DNA of 64,000 nucleotides from Gordius albopunctatus (Eukaryota): contig OZ193910.1 in the NCBI GenBank assembly GCA_964276515.1, positions 7,502,001 to 7,566,000 of the forward strand. Reading direction: 5' to 3'. Below, one piece after another: positions 26,801-40,900 of the stretch (positions within the stretch are counted from its first letter, which is position 1; every line of letters begins with the position of its first letter). The position numbers were made by a program, and so were the translations under genes. Below the pieces are notes generated by a model. It saw nothing but the letters and a program-made list of their open reading frames with translations, searched no databases and had not been told where the DNA came from.

Positions 26801-29800
26801 TTTAGATTGTTTCAATATCGCTTTATAAGTGTGTCTCTAGTTTTAGTGAAACAAGCTCCATGCGATCGTGATTTAGAGTTAATAATTTTTGATGACTGAT
26901 CAAAAAAAATGTTTTTAAAGGAATTAACATTTTTTACCGAAGAATTTCTTAGAGCTATATGGTTGAATAAAAAAATTGATAAAATTTTGAGGTCGAAAAA
27001 ATATTATTTTTCATATTCTTTCGAAAGGGATATGAAAAAATCTTTAAAAGTTAGTAAATATTCTTAGCATTTTATCCTTGTTAGAATCTTGATAGGAACT
27101 TTTGCGTGGGAGGATGTTTTAGATTGAGAGAAATTAGAATTTTCGTGTTGCATTTAGATTGTTTCAATATCGCTTTATAAGCGTGTTTCTAGTTTTAGTG
27201 AAACAAGCTCTATGCGATCGTGATTCGAAGTTAATAATTTTTGATGACTGATCAAAAAAATGTTTTTAAAGGAATTCACCTCTTATACCGAAAACTTTCA
27301 TGAGAGCTATATGGTTGAACAAAAAAATTGAAAAAATTTCGAGGTCGAAAAAAATATTATTTTTCATATTCTTTTGAAAGGGAGATGAAAAAATCTTTAA
27401 AAGATTTTAAATATTCTTAGCATTTTGTCCTTGTTAGAATCTTGATAGGAACTTTTGCGTGGGGGGATGTTTTAGATTGAGAGAAATTAGAATTTTCGTG
27501 TTGCGTTTAGATTGTTTCAATATCGCTTTATAAGCGTGTCTCTAGTTTTAGTGAAACAAGCTCCATGCGATCGTGATTTAGAGTTAATAATTTTTGATGA
27601 CTGATCAAAAAAAATGTTTTTCAAGGAATTAACATTTTTTACCGAAAACTTTCATGAGAGCTATATGGTTGAAGAAAAAATTGAAAAAATTTAGAGGTCG
27701 AAAAAAATATTATTTTTCGTATTCTTTCGAAAGGGAGATGAAAAAATCTTTAAAAGATTTTAAATATTCTTAGCATTTTGTCCTTGTTAGAATCTTGACA
27801 GGAACTTTTGCGTGGGGGGATGTTTTAGATTGAGAGAAATTAGAATTTTCGTGTTGCGTTTAGATTGTTTCAATATCGCTTTATAAGCGTGTCTCTAGTT
27901 TTAGTGAAACAAGCTCCATGCGATCGTGATTTAGAGTTAATAATTTTTGATGACTGATCAAAAAAAATGTTTTTCAAGGAATTAACATTTTTTACCGAAA
28001 ACTTTCATGAGAGCTATATGGTTGAAGAAAAAATTGAAAAAATTATGAGGTCGAAAAAAATATTATTTTTCATATTCTTTCGAAAGGGAGATGAAAAAAT
28101 CTTTAAAAGTTAGTAAATACTCTTAGAATTTTGTCCTTGTTTGAATCTTGATAGGAACTTTTGCGTGGGGTGATGTTTTAGATTGAGAGAAATTAAAATT
28201 TTCGTGCTGCGTTTAGATTGTTTCAATATCGCTTTATAAGTGTGTCTCTAGTTTTAGTGAAACAAGCTCCATGCGATCGTGATTTAGAGTTAATAATTTT
28301 TGATGACTGATCAAAAAAAATGTTTTTAAAGGAATTAACATTTTTTACCGAAGAATTTCTTAGAGCTATATGGTTGAACAAAAAAATTGATAAAATTTTG
28401 AGGTCGAAAAAATATTATTTTTCATATTCTTTCGAAAGGGATATGAAAAAATCTTTAAAAGTTAGTAAATATTCTTAGCATTTTATCCTTGTTAGAATCT
28501 TGATAGGAATTTTTGCGTGGGGGGATGTTTTAGATTGAGAGAAATTAAAATTTAGGTGTTGCGTTTATATTGTTTCAATATCGCTTTATAAGCGTGTCTC
28601 TAGTTTTAGTGAAACAAGCTCTATGCGATCGTGATTTAGAGTTAATAATTTTTGATGACTGATCAAAAAAATGTTTTTAAAGGAATTCACCTCTTATACC
28701 GAAAACTTTCATGAGAGCTATATGGTTGAACAAAAAAAATTAAAACAATTTTGAGGTCGAAAAAAATATTATTTTTCATATTCTTTCGAAAGGGAGATGA
28801 AAAAAGAATTTTTGCTTGGGGGATGTTTGAGATTGAGAGAAATTAAAATTTTCGTGTTGCGTTTAGATTGTTTCAATATCATCGCTTTATAAGCGTGTTT
28901 CTAGTTTTAGTGAAACAGGCTCTATGCGATCGTGATTTAGAGTTAATAATTTTTGATGACTGATCAAAAAAAATGTTTTTCAAGGAATTAACATTTTTTA
29001 CCGAAGAATTTCTTAGAGCTATATGGTTGAACAAAAAAATTGATAAAATTTTGAGGTCGAAAAAATATTGATTTTCATATTCTTTCGAAAGGGAGATGAA
29101 AAAATCTTTAAAAGTTAGTAAATATTCTTAGAATTTTGTCCTTGTTTGAATCTTGATAGGAACTTTTGCGTGGGGTGATGTTTTAGATTGAGAGAAATTA
29201 AAATTTTCGTGCTGCGTTTAGATTGTTTCAATATCGCTTTATAAGTGTGTCTCTAGTTTTAGTGAAACAAGCTCCATGCGATCGTGATTTAGAGTTAATA
29301 ATTTTTGATGACTGATCAAAAAAAATGTTTTTAAAGGAATTAACATTTTTTACCGAAGAATTTCTTAGAGCTATATGGTTGAACAAAAAAATTGATAAAA
29401 TTTTGAGGTCGAAAAAATATTGATTTTCATATTCTTTCGAAAGGGAGATGAAAAAATCTTTAAAAGTTAGTAAATATTCTTAGCATTTTGTCCTTGTTAG
29501 AATCTTGATAGGAATTTATGCGTGGGAGGATGTTTTAGATTGAGAGAAATTAAAATTTAGGTGTTGCGTTTATATTGTTTCAATATCGCTTTATAAGCGT
29601 GTCTCTAGTTTTAGTGAAACAAGCTCTATGCGATCGTGATTTAGAGTTAATAATTTTTGATGACTGATCAAAAAAATGTTTTTAAAGGAATTCACCTCTT
29701 ATACCGAAAACTTTCATGAGAGCTATATGGTTGAACAAAAAAAATTAAAACAATTTTGAGGTCGAAAAAAATATTATTTTTCATATTCTTTCGAAAGGGA

Positions 29801-32800
29801 GATGAAAAAAGAATTTTTGCGTGGGGGATGTTTGAGATTGAGAGAAATTAAAATTTTCGTGTTGCGTTTAGATTGTTTCAATATCGCTTTATAAGCGTGT
29901 TTCTAGTTTTAGTGAAACAGGCTCTATGCGATCGTGATTTAGAGTTAATAATTTTTGATGACTGATCAAAAAAAATGTTTTTCAAGGAATTAACATTTTT
30001 TACCGAAAACTTTCATGAGAGCTATATGGTTGAAGAAAAAATTGAAAAAATTTTGAGGTCGAAAAAAATATTATTTTTCATATTCTTTCGAAAGGGAGAT
30101 GAAAAAATCTTTAAAAGTTAGTAAATACTCTTAGAATTTTGTCCTTGTTTGAATCTTGATAGGAACTTTTGCGTGGGGTGATGTTTTAGATTGAGAGAAA
30201 TTAAAATTTTCGTGCTGCGTTTAGATTGTTTCAATATCGCTTTATAAGTGTGTCTCTAGTTTTAGTGAAACAAGCTCCATGCGATCGTGATTTAGAGTTA
30301 ATAATTTTTGATGACTGATCAAAAAAAATGTTTTTAAAGGAATTAAAATTTTTTACCGAAGAATTTCTTAGAGCTATATGGTTGAACAAAAAAATTGATA
30401 AAATTTTGAGGTCGAAAAAATATTATTTTTCATATTCTTTCGAAAGGGATATGAAAAAATCTTTAAAAGTTAGTAAATATTCTTAGCATTTTATCCTTGT
30501 TAGAATCTTGATAGGAATTTTTGCGTGGGGGGATGTTTTAGATTGAGAGAAATTAAAATTTAGGTGTTGCGTTTATATTGTTTCAATATCGCTTTATAAG
30601 CGTGTCTCTAGTTTTAGTGAAACAAGCTCTATGCGATCGTGATTTAGAGTTAATAATTTTTGATGACTGATCAAAAAAATGTTTTTAAAGGAATTCACCT
30701 CTTATACCGAAAACTTTCATGAGAGCTATATGGTTGAACAAAAAAAATTAAAACAATTTTGAGGTCGAAAAAAATATTATTTTTCATATTCTTTCGAAAG
30801 GGAGATGAAAAAAGAATTTTTGCTTGGGGGATGTTTGAGATTGAGAGAAATTAAAATTTTCGTGTTGCGTTTAGATTGTTTCAATATCGCTTTATAAGCG
30901 TGTTTCTAGTTTTAGTGAAACAGGCTCTATGCGATCGTGATTTAGAGTTAATAATTTTTGATGACTGATCAAAAAAAATGTTTTTCAAGGAATTAACATT
31001 TTTTACCGAAGAATTTCTTAGAGGTATATGGTTGAACAAAAAAATTGATAAAATTTTGAGGTCGAAAAAATATTGATTTTCATATTCTTTCGAAAGGGAG
31101 ATGAAAAAATCTTTAAAAGTTAGTAAATATTCTTAGAATTTTGTCCTTGTTTGAATCTTGATAGGAACTTTTCCGTGGGGTGATGTTTTAGATTGAGAGA
31201 AATTAAAATTTTCGTGCTGCGTTTAGATTGTTTCAATATCGCTTTATAAGTGTGTCTCTAGTTTTAGTGAAACAAGCTCCATGCGATCGTGATTTAGAGT
31301 TAATAATTTTTGATGACTGATCAAAAAAAATGTTTTTAAAGGAATTAACATTTTTTACCGAAGAATTTCTTAGAGCTATATGGTTGAACAAAAAAATTGA
31401 TAAAATTTTGAGGTCGAAAAAATATTGATTTTCATATTCTTTCGAAAACCGAAGAATTTCTTAGAGCTATATGGTTGAACAAAAAAATTGATAAAATTTT
31501 GAGGTCGAAAAAATATTATTTTTCATATTCTTTCGAAAGGGAGATGAAAAAATCTTTAAAAGTTAGTAAATATTCTTAGCATTTTGTCCTTGTTAGAATC
31601 TTGATAGGAATTTATGCGTGGGAGGATGTTTTAGATTGAGAGAAATTAAAATTTTCGTGTTGCATTTAGATTGTTTCAATATCGCTTTATAAGCGTGTTT
31701 CTAGTTTTAGTGAAACAAGCTCTATGCGATCGTGATTCAGAGTTAATAATTTTTGATGACTGATCAAAAAAAATGTTTTTAAAGGAATTAACATTTTTTA
31801 CCGAAGAATTTCTTAGAGCTATATGGTTGAACAAAAAAATTGATAAAATTTTGAGGTCGAAAAAATATTATTTTTCATATTCTTTCGAAAGGGAGATGAA
31901 AAAATCTTTAAAAGTTAGTAAATATTCTTAGCATTTTGTCCTTGTTAGAATCTTGATAGGAATTTATGCGTGGGAGGATGTTTTAGATTGAGAGAAATTA
32001 AAATTTTCGTGTTGCATTTAGATTGTTTCAATATCGCTTTATAAGCGTGTTTCTAGTTTTAGTGAAACAAGCTCTATGCGATCGTGATTCAGAGTTAATA
32101 ATTTTTGATGACTGATCAAAAAAATGTTTTTAAAGGAATTCACCTCTTATACCGAAAACTTTCATGAGAGCTATATGGTTGAACAAAAAAATTGAAAAAA
32201 TTTTGAGGTCGAAAAAAATATTATTTTTCATATTCTTTCGAAAGGGAGATGAAAAAACCTTTAAAAGATAGTAAATACTCATAGAATTTTGTCCTTGTTT
32301 GAATCTTGATAGGAACTTTTGCGTGGGGTGATGTTTTAGATTGAGAGAAATTAAAATTTTCGTGCTGCGTTTAGATTGTTTCAATATCGCTTTATAAGTG
32401 TGTCTCTAGTTTTAGTGAAACAAGCTCCATGCGATCGTGATTTAGAGTTAATAATTTTTGATGACTGATCAAAAAAAATGTTTTTAAAGGAATTAAAATT
32501 TTTTACCGAAGAATTTCTTAGAGCTATATGGTTGAACAAAAAAATTGATAAAATTTTGAGGTCGAAAAAATATTATTTTTCATATTCTTTCGAAAGGGAT
32601 ATGAAAAAATCTTTAAAAGTTAGTAAATATTCTTAGCATTTTATCCTTGTTAGAATCTTGATAGGAATTTTTGCGTGGGGGGATGTTTTAGATTGAGAGA
32701 AATTAAAATTTAGGTGTTGCGTTTATATTGTTTCAATATCGCTTTATAAGCGTGTCTCTAGTTTTAGTGAAACAAGCTCTATGCGATCGTGATTTAGAGT

Positions 32801-34559
32801 TAATAATTTTTGATGACTGATCAAAAAAATGTTTTTAAAGGAATTCACCTCTTATACCGAAAACTTTCATGAGAGCTATATGGTTGAACAAAAAAAATTA
32901 AAACAATTTTGAGGTCGAAAAAAATATTATTTTTCATATTCTTTCGAAAGGGAGATGAAAAAAGAATTTTTGCTTGGGGGATGTTTGAGATTGAGAGAAA
33001 TTAAAATTTTCGTGTTGCGTTTAGATTGTTTCAATATCGCTTTATAAGCGTGTTTCTAGTTTTAGTGAAACAGGCTCTATGCGATCGTGATTTAGAGTTA
33101 ATAATTTTTGATGACTGATCAAAAAAAATGTTTTTCAAGGAATTAACATTTTTTACCGAAGAATTTCTTAGAGGTATATGGTTGAACAAAAAAATTGATA
33201 AAATTTTGAGGTCGAAAAAATATTGATTTTCATATTCTTTCGAAAGGGAGATGAAAAAATCTTTAAAAGTTAGTAAATATTCTTAGAATTTTGTCCTTGT
33301 TTGAATCTTGATAGGAACTTTTCCGTGGGGTGATGTTTTAGATTGAGAGAAATTAAAATTTTCGTGCTGCGTTTAGATTGTTTCAATATCGCTTTATAAG
33401 TGTGTCTCTAGTTTTAGTGAAACAAGCTCCATGCGATCGTGATTTAGAGTTAATAATTTTTGATGACTGATCAAAAAAAATGTTTTTAAAGGAATTAACA
33501 TTTTTTACCGAAGAATTTCTTAGAGCTATATGGTTGAACAAAAAAATTGATAAAATTTTGAGGTCGAAAAAATATTGATTTTCATATTCTTTCGAAAGGG
33601 AGATGAAAAAATCTTTAAAAGTTAGTAAATATTCTTAGCATTTTGTCCTTGTTAGAATCTTGATAGGAATTTATGCGTGGGAGGATGTTTTAGATTGAGA
33701 GAAATTAAAATTTAGGTGTTGCGTTTATATTGTTTCAATATCGCTTTATAAGCGTGTCTCTAGTTTTAGTGAAACAAGCTCTATGCGATCGTGATTTAGA
33801 GTTAATAATTTTTGATGACTGATCAAAAAAATGTTTTTAAAGGAATTCACCTCTTATACCGAAAACTTTCATGAGAGCTATATGGTTGAACAAAAAAAAT
33901 TAAAACAATTTTGAGGTCGAAAAAAATATTATTTTTCATATTCTTTCGAAAGGGAGATGAAAAAATCTTTAAAAGTTAGTAAATATTCTTAGAATTTTGT
34001 CCTTGTTAGAATCTTGATAGGAATTTTTGCGTTGGCGATGTTTGAGATTGAGAGAAATTAAAATTTTCGTGTGGCGTTTGATTGATTCAATATCGCTTTA
34101 TAAGCGTGTCTCTAGTTTTAGTGAAACAAGCTCTATGCGATCGTGATTTAGAGTTAATAATTTTTGATGACTGATCAAAAAAATGTTTTTCAAGGAATTC
34201 ACCTTTTATACCGAAAACTTTCATGAGAACTATATGGTTGAACAAAAAAATTGAAAAAATTTTGAGGTCGAAAAAAATATTATTTTTCATATTCTTACGA
34301 AAGGGAGATGAAAAAATCTTTAAAAGTTAGTAAATATTCTTAGCATTTTGTCCTTTCTTGATAGGAATTTATGCGTGGGGGGATGTTTTAGATTGAGAGA
34401 AATTAAAATTTTCGTGTTGCGTTTAGATTGATTCAATATCGCTTTATAAGCGTGTCTCTAGTTTTAGTGAAACAAGCTCTATGCGATCGTGATTTACAGT
34501 TAATAATTTTTGATGACTGATCAAAAAAATGTTTTTCAAGGAATTCATCTCTTATGCGG

Positions 34560-37500
34560 AAAACTTTCATGAGAGCTATATGGTTGAACAAAAAAAATTA
34601 AAACAATTTCGAGGTCGAAAAAAATATTATTTTTCATATTCTTTCGAAAGGGAGATGAAAAAATCTTTAAAAGTTAGTAAATATTCTTAGAATTTTGTCC
34701 TTGTTAGAATCTTGATAGGAATTTTTGCGTTGGCGATGTTTGAGATTGAGAGAAATTAAAATTTTCGTGTGGCGTTTAGATTGATTCAATATCGCTTTAT
34801 AAGCGTGTCTCTAGTTTTAGTGAAACAAGCTCTATGCGATCGTTATTTAGAGTTAATAATTTTTAATGACTGATCAAAAAAATGTTTTTCAAGGAATTCA
34901 CCTTTTATACCGAAAACTTTCATGAGAACTATATGGTTGAACAAAAAAATTAAAACAATTTTGAGGTCGAAAAAAATATTATTTTTCATATTCTTTCGAA
35001 AGGGAGATGAAAAAATCTTTAAAAGTTAGTAAATATTCTTAGCATTTTGTCCTTTCTTGATAGGAATTTTTGCGTGGGGGATGTTTGAGATTGAGAGAAA
35101 TTAAAATTTTCGTGTTGCGTTTATATTGTTTCAATATCGCTTTATAAGCGTGTCTCTAGTTTTAGTGAAACAAGCTCTATGCGATCGTGATTTACAGTTA
35201 ATAATTTTTGATGACTGATCAAAAAAATGTTTTTCAAGGAATTCACCTCTTATACCGAAAACTTTCATGAGAGCTATATGGTTGAACAAAAAAATTGAAA
35301 AAATTTTAAGGTCGAAAAAATTATTATTTTTTATATTCTCTCGAAAGGGAGATGAAAAAATCTTTAAAAGTTAGTAAATATTCTTAGCATTTTGTCCTTG
35401 TTAGAATCTTGATAGGAATTTATGCGTGGGGGGATGTTTTAGATTGAGAGAAATTAAAATTTTCGTGTTGCGTTTAGATTGATTCAATATCGCTTTATAA
35501 GCGTGTCTCTAGTTTTAGTGAAACAAGCTCTATGCGATCGTGATTCAGAGTTAATAATTTTTGATGACTGATCAAAAAAATGTTTTTCAAGGAATTCATC
35601 TCTTATACGGAAAACTTTCATGAGAGCTATATGGTTGAACAAAAAAAATTAAAACAATTTCGAGGTCGAAAAAAATATTATTTTTCATATTCTTTCGAAA
35701 GGGAGATGAAAAAATCTTTAAAAGTTAGTAAATATTCTTAGAATTTTGTCCTTGTTAGAATCTTGATAGGAATTTTTGCGTTGGCGATGTTTGAGATTGA
35801 GAGAAATTAAAATTTTCGTGTGGCGTTTAGATTGATTCAATATCGCTTTATAAGCGTGTCTCTAGTTTTAGTGAAACAAGCTCTATGCGATCGTGATTTA
35901 GAGTTAATAATTTTTGATGACTGATCAAAAAAATGTTTTTCAAGGAATTCACCTTTTATACCGAAAACTTTCATGAGAACTATATGGTTGAACAAAAAAA
36001 TTAAAACAATTTTGAGGTCGAAAAAAATTATATTTTTCATATTCTTTCGAAAGGGAGATGAAAAAATCTTTAAAAGTTAGTAAATATTCTTAGCATTTTG
36101 TCCTTTCTTGATAGGAATTTTTGCGTGGGGGATGTTTGAGATTGAGAGAAATTAAAATTTTCGTGTTGCGTTTATATTGTTTCAATATCGCTTTATAAGC
36201 GTGTCTCTAGTTTTAGTGAAACAAGCTCTATGCGATCGTGATTTACAGTTAATAATTTTTGATGACTGATCAAAAAACTGTATTTCAAGGAATTCACCTC
36301 TTATACCGAAAACTTTCATTAGAGCTATATGGTTGAACAAAAAAATTGAAAAAATTTTGAGGTCGAAAAAATTATTATTTTTCATATTCTTTCGAAAGGG
36401 AGATGAAAAAATCTTTAAAAGTTAGTAAATATTCTTAGAATTTTGTCCTTGTTAGAATCTTGATAGGAATTTTTGCGTTGGCGATGTTTGAGATTGAGAG
36501 AAATTAAAATTTTCGTGTGGCGTTTAGATTGATTCAATATCGCTTTATAAGCGTGTCTCTAGTTTTAGTGAAACAAGCTCTATGCGATCGTTATTTAGAG
36601 TTAATAATTTTTAATGACTGATCAAAAAAATGTTTTTCAAGGAATTCACCTTTTATACCGAAAACTTTCATGAGAACTATATGGTTGAACAAAAAAATTA
36701 AAACAATTTTGAGGTCGAAAAAAATATTATTTTTCATATTCTTTCGAAAGGGAGATGAAAAAATCTTTAAAAGTTAGTAAATATTCTTAGCATTTTGTCC
36801 TTTCTTGATAGGAATTTTTGCGTGGGGGATGTTTGAGATTGAGAGAAATTAAAATTTTCGTGTTGCGTTTATATTGTTTCAATATCGCTTTATAAGCGTG
36901 TCTCTAGTTTTAGTGAAACAAGCTCTATGCGATCGTGATTTACAGTTAATAATTTTTGATGACTGATCAAAAAAATGTTTTTCAAGGAATTCACCTCTTA
37001 TACCGAAAACTTTCATGAGAGCTATATGGTTGAACAAAAAAATTGAAAAAATTTTAAGGTCGAAAAAATTATTATTTTTTATATTCTCTCGAAAGGGAGA
37101 TGAAAAAATCTTTAAAAGTTAGTAAATATTCTTAGCATTTTGTCCTTGTTAGAATCTTGATAGGAATTTATGCGTGGGGGGATGTTTTAGATTGAGAGAA
37201 ATTAAAATTTTCGTGTTGCGTTTAGATTGATTCAATATCGCTTTATAAGCGTGTCTCTAGTTTTAGTGAAACAAGCTCTATGCGATCGTGATTCAGAGTT
37301 AATAATTTTTGATGACTGATCAAAAAAATGTTTTTCAAGGAATTCATCTCTTATACGGAAAACTTTCATGAGAGCTATATGGTTGAACAAAAAAAATTAA
37401 AACAATTTCGAGGTCGAAAAAAATATTATTTTTCATATTCTTTCGAAAGGGAGATGAAAAAATCTTTAAAAGTTAGTAAATATTCTTAGAATTTTGTCCT

Positions 37501-37930
37501 TGTTAGAATCTTGATAGGAATTTTTGCGTTGGCGATGTTTGAGATTGAGAGAAATTAAAATTTTCGTGTGGCGTTTAGATTGATTCAATATCGCTTTATA
37601 AGCGTGTCTCTAGTTTTAGTGAAACAAGCTCTATGCGATCGTGATTTAGAGTTAATAATTTTTGATGACTGATCAAAAAAATGTTTTTCAAGGAATTCAC
37701 CTTTTATACCGAAAACTTTCATGAGAACTATATGGTTGAACAAAAAAATTAAAACAATTTTGAGGTCGAAAAAAATATTATTTTTCATATTCTTTCGAAA
37801 GGGAGATGAAAAAATCTTTAAAAGTTAGTAAATATTCTTAGCATTTTGTCCTTTCTTGATAGGAATTTTTGCGTGGGGGATGTTTGAGATTGAGAGAAAT
37901 TAAAATTTTCGTGTTGCGTTTATATTGTTT
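34560..37930. repeat. 5-monomer higher-order repeat, ~1748 bp x ~2
   Basis: Rare alleles cgttatttag/ttttaatgac at 34841 and 36589. ORF copies at 35837 and 37585 are offset by 1748. Confidence 0.8.
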
Positions 37931-40900
37931 CAATATCGCTTTATAAGCGTGTCTCTAGTTTTAGTGAAACAAGCTCTATGCGATCGTGATTTACAGTTAA
38001 TAATTTTTGATGACTGATCAAAAAACTGTTTTTCAAGGAATTCACCTCTTATACCGAAAACTTTCATTAGAGCTATATGGTTGAACAAAAAAATTGAAAA
38101 AATTTTGAGGTCGAAAAAATTATTATTTTTTATATTCTCTCGAAAGGGAGATGAAAAAATCTTTAAAAGTTAGTAAATATTCTTAGCATTTTGTCCTTGT
38201 TAGAATCTTGATAGGAATTTATGCGTGGGGGGATGTTTTAGATTGAGAGAAATTAAAATTTTCGTGTTGCGTTTAGATTGATTCAATATCGCTTTATAAG
38301 CGTGTCTCTAGTTTTAGTGAAACAAGCTCTATGCGATCGTGATTCAGAGTTAATAATTTTTGATGACTGATCAAAAAAATGTTTTTCAAGGAATTCATCT
38401 CTTATACGGAAAACTTTCATGAGAGCTATATGGTTGAACAAAAAAAATTAAAACAATTTCGAGGTCGAAAAAAATATTATTTTTCATATTCTTTCGAAAG
38501 GGAGATGAAAAAATCTTTAAAAGTTAGTAAATATTCTTAGAATTTTGTCCTTGTTAGAATCTTGATAGGAATTTTTGCGTTGGCGATGTTTGAGATTGAG
38601 AGAAATTAAAATTTTCATCGCTTTATAAGCGTGTCTCTAGTTTTAGTGAAACAAGCTCTATGCGATCGTGATTTAGAGTTAATAATTTTTGATGACTGAT
38701 CAAAAAAATGTTTTTCAAGGAATTCACCTTTTATACCGAAAACTTTCATGAGAACTATATGGTTGAACAAAAAAATTAAAACAATTTTGAGGTCGAAAAA
38801 AATATTATTTTTCATATTCTTTCGAAAGGGAGATGAAAAAATCTTTAAAAGTTAGTAAATATTCTTAGCATTTTGTCCTTTCTTGATAGGAATTTTTGCG
38901 TGGGGGATGTTTGAGATTGAAAGAAATTAAAATTTTCGTGTGGCGTTTAGATTGATTCAATATCGCTTTATAAGCGTGTCTCTAGTTTTAGTGAAACAAG
39001 CTCTATGCGATCGTGATTTAGAGTTAATAATTTTTGATGACTGATCAAAAAAATGTTTTTCAAGGAATTCATCTCTTATACGGAAAACTTTAAAGAGAGC
39101 TATATGGTTGAACAAAAAAATTGAAAAAATTTTGAGGTCGAAAAAAATATTCTTTTTCATATTCTTTCGTAAGGGAGATGAAAAAATCTTTAAAAGTTAT
39201 TAAATATTCTTAGCATTTTGTCCTTGTTAGAATCTTGATAGGAATTTTTGCGTGGGGGGATGTTTTAGATTGAGAGAAATTAAAATTTAGGTGTTGCGTT
39301 TATATTGTTTCAATATCTCTTTATAAGCGTGTCTCTAGTTTTAGTGAAACAAGCTCTATGCGATCGTGATTTAGAGTTAATAATTTTTGATGACTGATCA
39401 AAAAAATGTTTTTCAAGGAATTCATCTCTTATACGGAAAACTTTAATGAGAGCTATATGGTTGAACAAAAAAAATTAAAACAATTTCGAGGTCGAAAAAA
39501 ATATTATTTTTCATATTCTTTCGAAAGGGAGATGAAAAAATCTTTAAAAGTTAGTAAATATTCTTAGAATTTTGTCCTTGTTAGAATCTTGATAGGAATT
39601 TTTGCGTTGGCGATGTTTGAGATTGAGAGAAATTAAAATTTTCGTGTGGCGTTTAGATTGTTTCAATATCGCTTTATAAGCGTGTCTCTAGTTTTAGTGA
39701 AACAAGCTCTATGCGATCGTGATTTACAGTTAATAATTTTTGATGACTGATCAAAAAACTGTTTTTCAAGGAATTCACCTCTTATACCGAAAACTTTCAT
39801 TAGAGCTATATGGTTGAACAAAAAAATTGAAAAAATTTTGAGGTCGAAAAAATTATTATTTTTTATATTCTCTCGAAAGGGAGATGAAAAAATCTTTAAA
39901 AGTTAGTAAATATTCTTAGCATTTTGTCCTTGTTAGAATCTTGATAGGAATTTATGCGTGGGGGGATGTTTTAGATTGAGAGAAATTAAAATTTTCGTGT
40001 TGCGTTTAGATTGATTCAATATCGCTTTATAAGCGTGTCTCTAGTTTTAGTGAAACAAGCTCTATGCGATCGTGATTCAGAGTTAATAATTTTTGATGAC
40101 TGATCAAAAAAATGTTTTTCAAGGAATTCATCTCTTATACGGAAAACTTTCATGAGAGCTATATGGTTGAACAAAAAAAATTAAAACAATTTCGAGGTCG
40201 AAAAAAATATTATTTTTCATATTCTTTCGAAAGGGAGATGAAAAAATCTTTAAAAGTTAGTAAATATTCTTAGAATTTTGTCCTTGTTAGAATCTTGATA
40301 GGAATTTTTGCGTTGGCGATGTTTGAGATTGAGAGAAATTAAAATTTTCATCGCTTTATAAGCGTGTCTCTAGTTTTAGTGAAACAAGCTCTATGCGATC
40401 GTGATTTAGAGTTAATAATTTTTGATGACTGATCAAAAAAATGTTTTTCAAGGAATTCACCTTTTATACCGAAAACTTTCATGAGAACTATATGGTTGAA
40501 CAAAAAAATTAAAACAATTTTGAGGTCGAAAAAAATATTATTTTTCATATTCTTTCGAAAGGGAGATGAAAAAATCTTTAAAAGTTAGTAAATATTCTTA
40601 GCATTTTGTCCTTTCTTGATAGGAATTTTTGCGTGGGGGATGTTTGAGATTGAAAGAAATTAAAATTTTCGTGTGGCGTTTAGATTGATTCAATATCGCT
40701 TTATAAGCGTGTCTCTAGTTTTAGTGAAACAAGCTCTATGCGATCGTGATTTAGAGTTAATAATTTTTGATGACTGATCAAAAAAATGTTTTTCAAGGAA
40801 TTCATCTCTTATACGGAAAACTTTAAAGAGAGCTATATGGTTGAACAAAAAAATTGAAAAAATTTTGAGGTCGAAAAAAATATTCTTTTTCATATTCTTT

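Larger units (their letters stand above)
1..33900. repeat. Satellite subfamily domain A (proximal)
   Basis: Diagnostic alleles ggaattaacattttttacc, ggaacttttg, aagctccatg, aaagattttaaatat and tgtttttaaagg are common here and essentially absent beyond ~33.9 kb. Confidence 0.9.

Noticed and set aside
28870..28890. 3-bp duplication (aatatc-atc-gcttt) and other singleton indels such as the extra t at ~63822
   Set aside because: Isolated slippage or consensus error with no propagated pattern.
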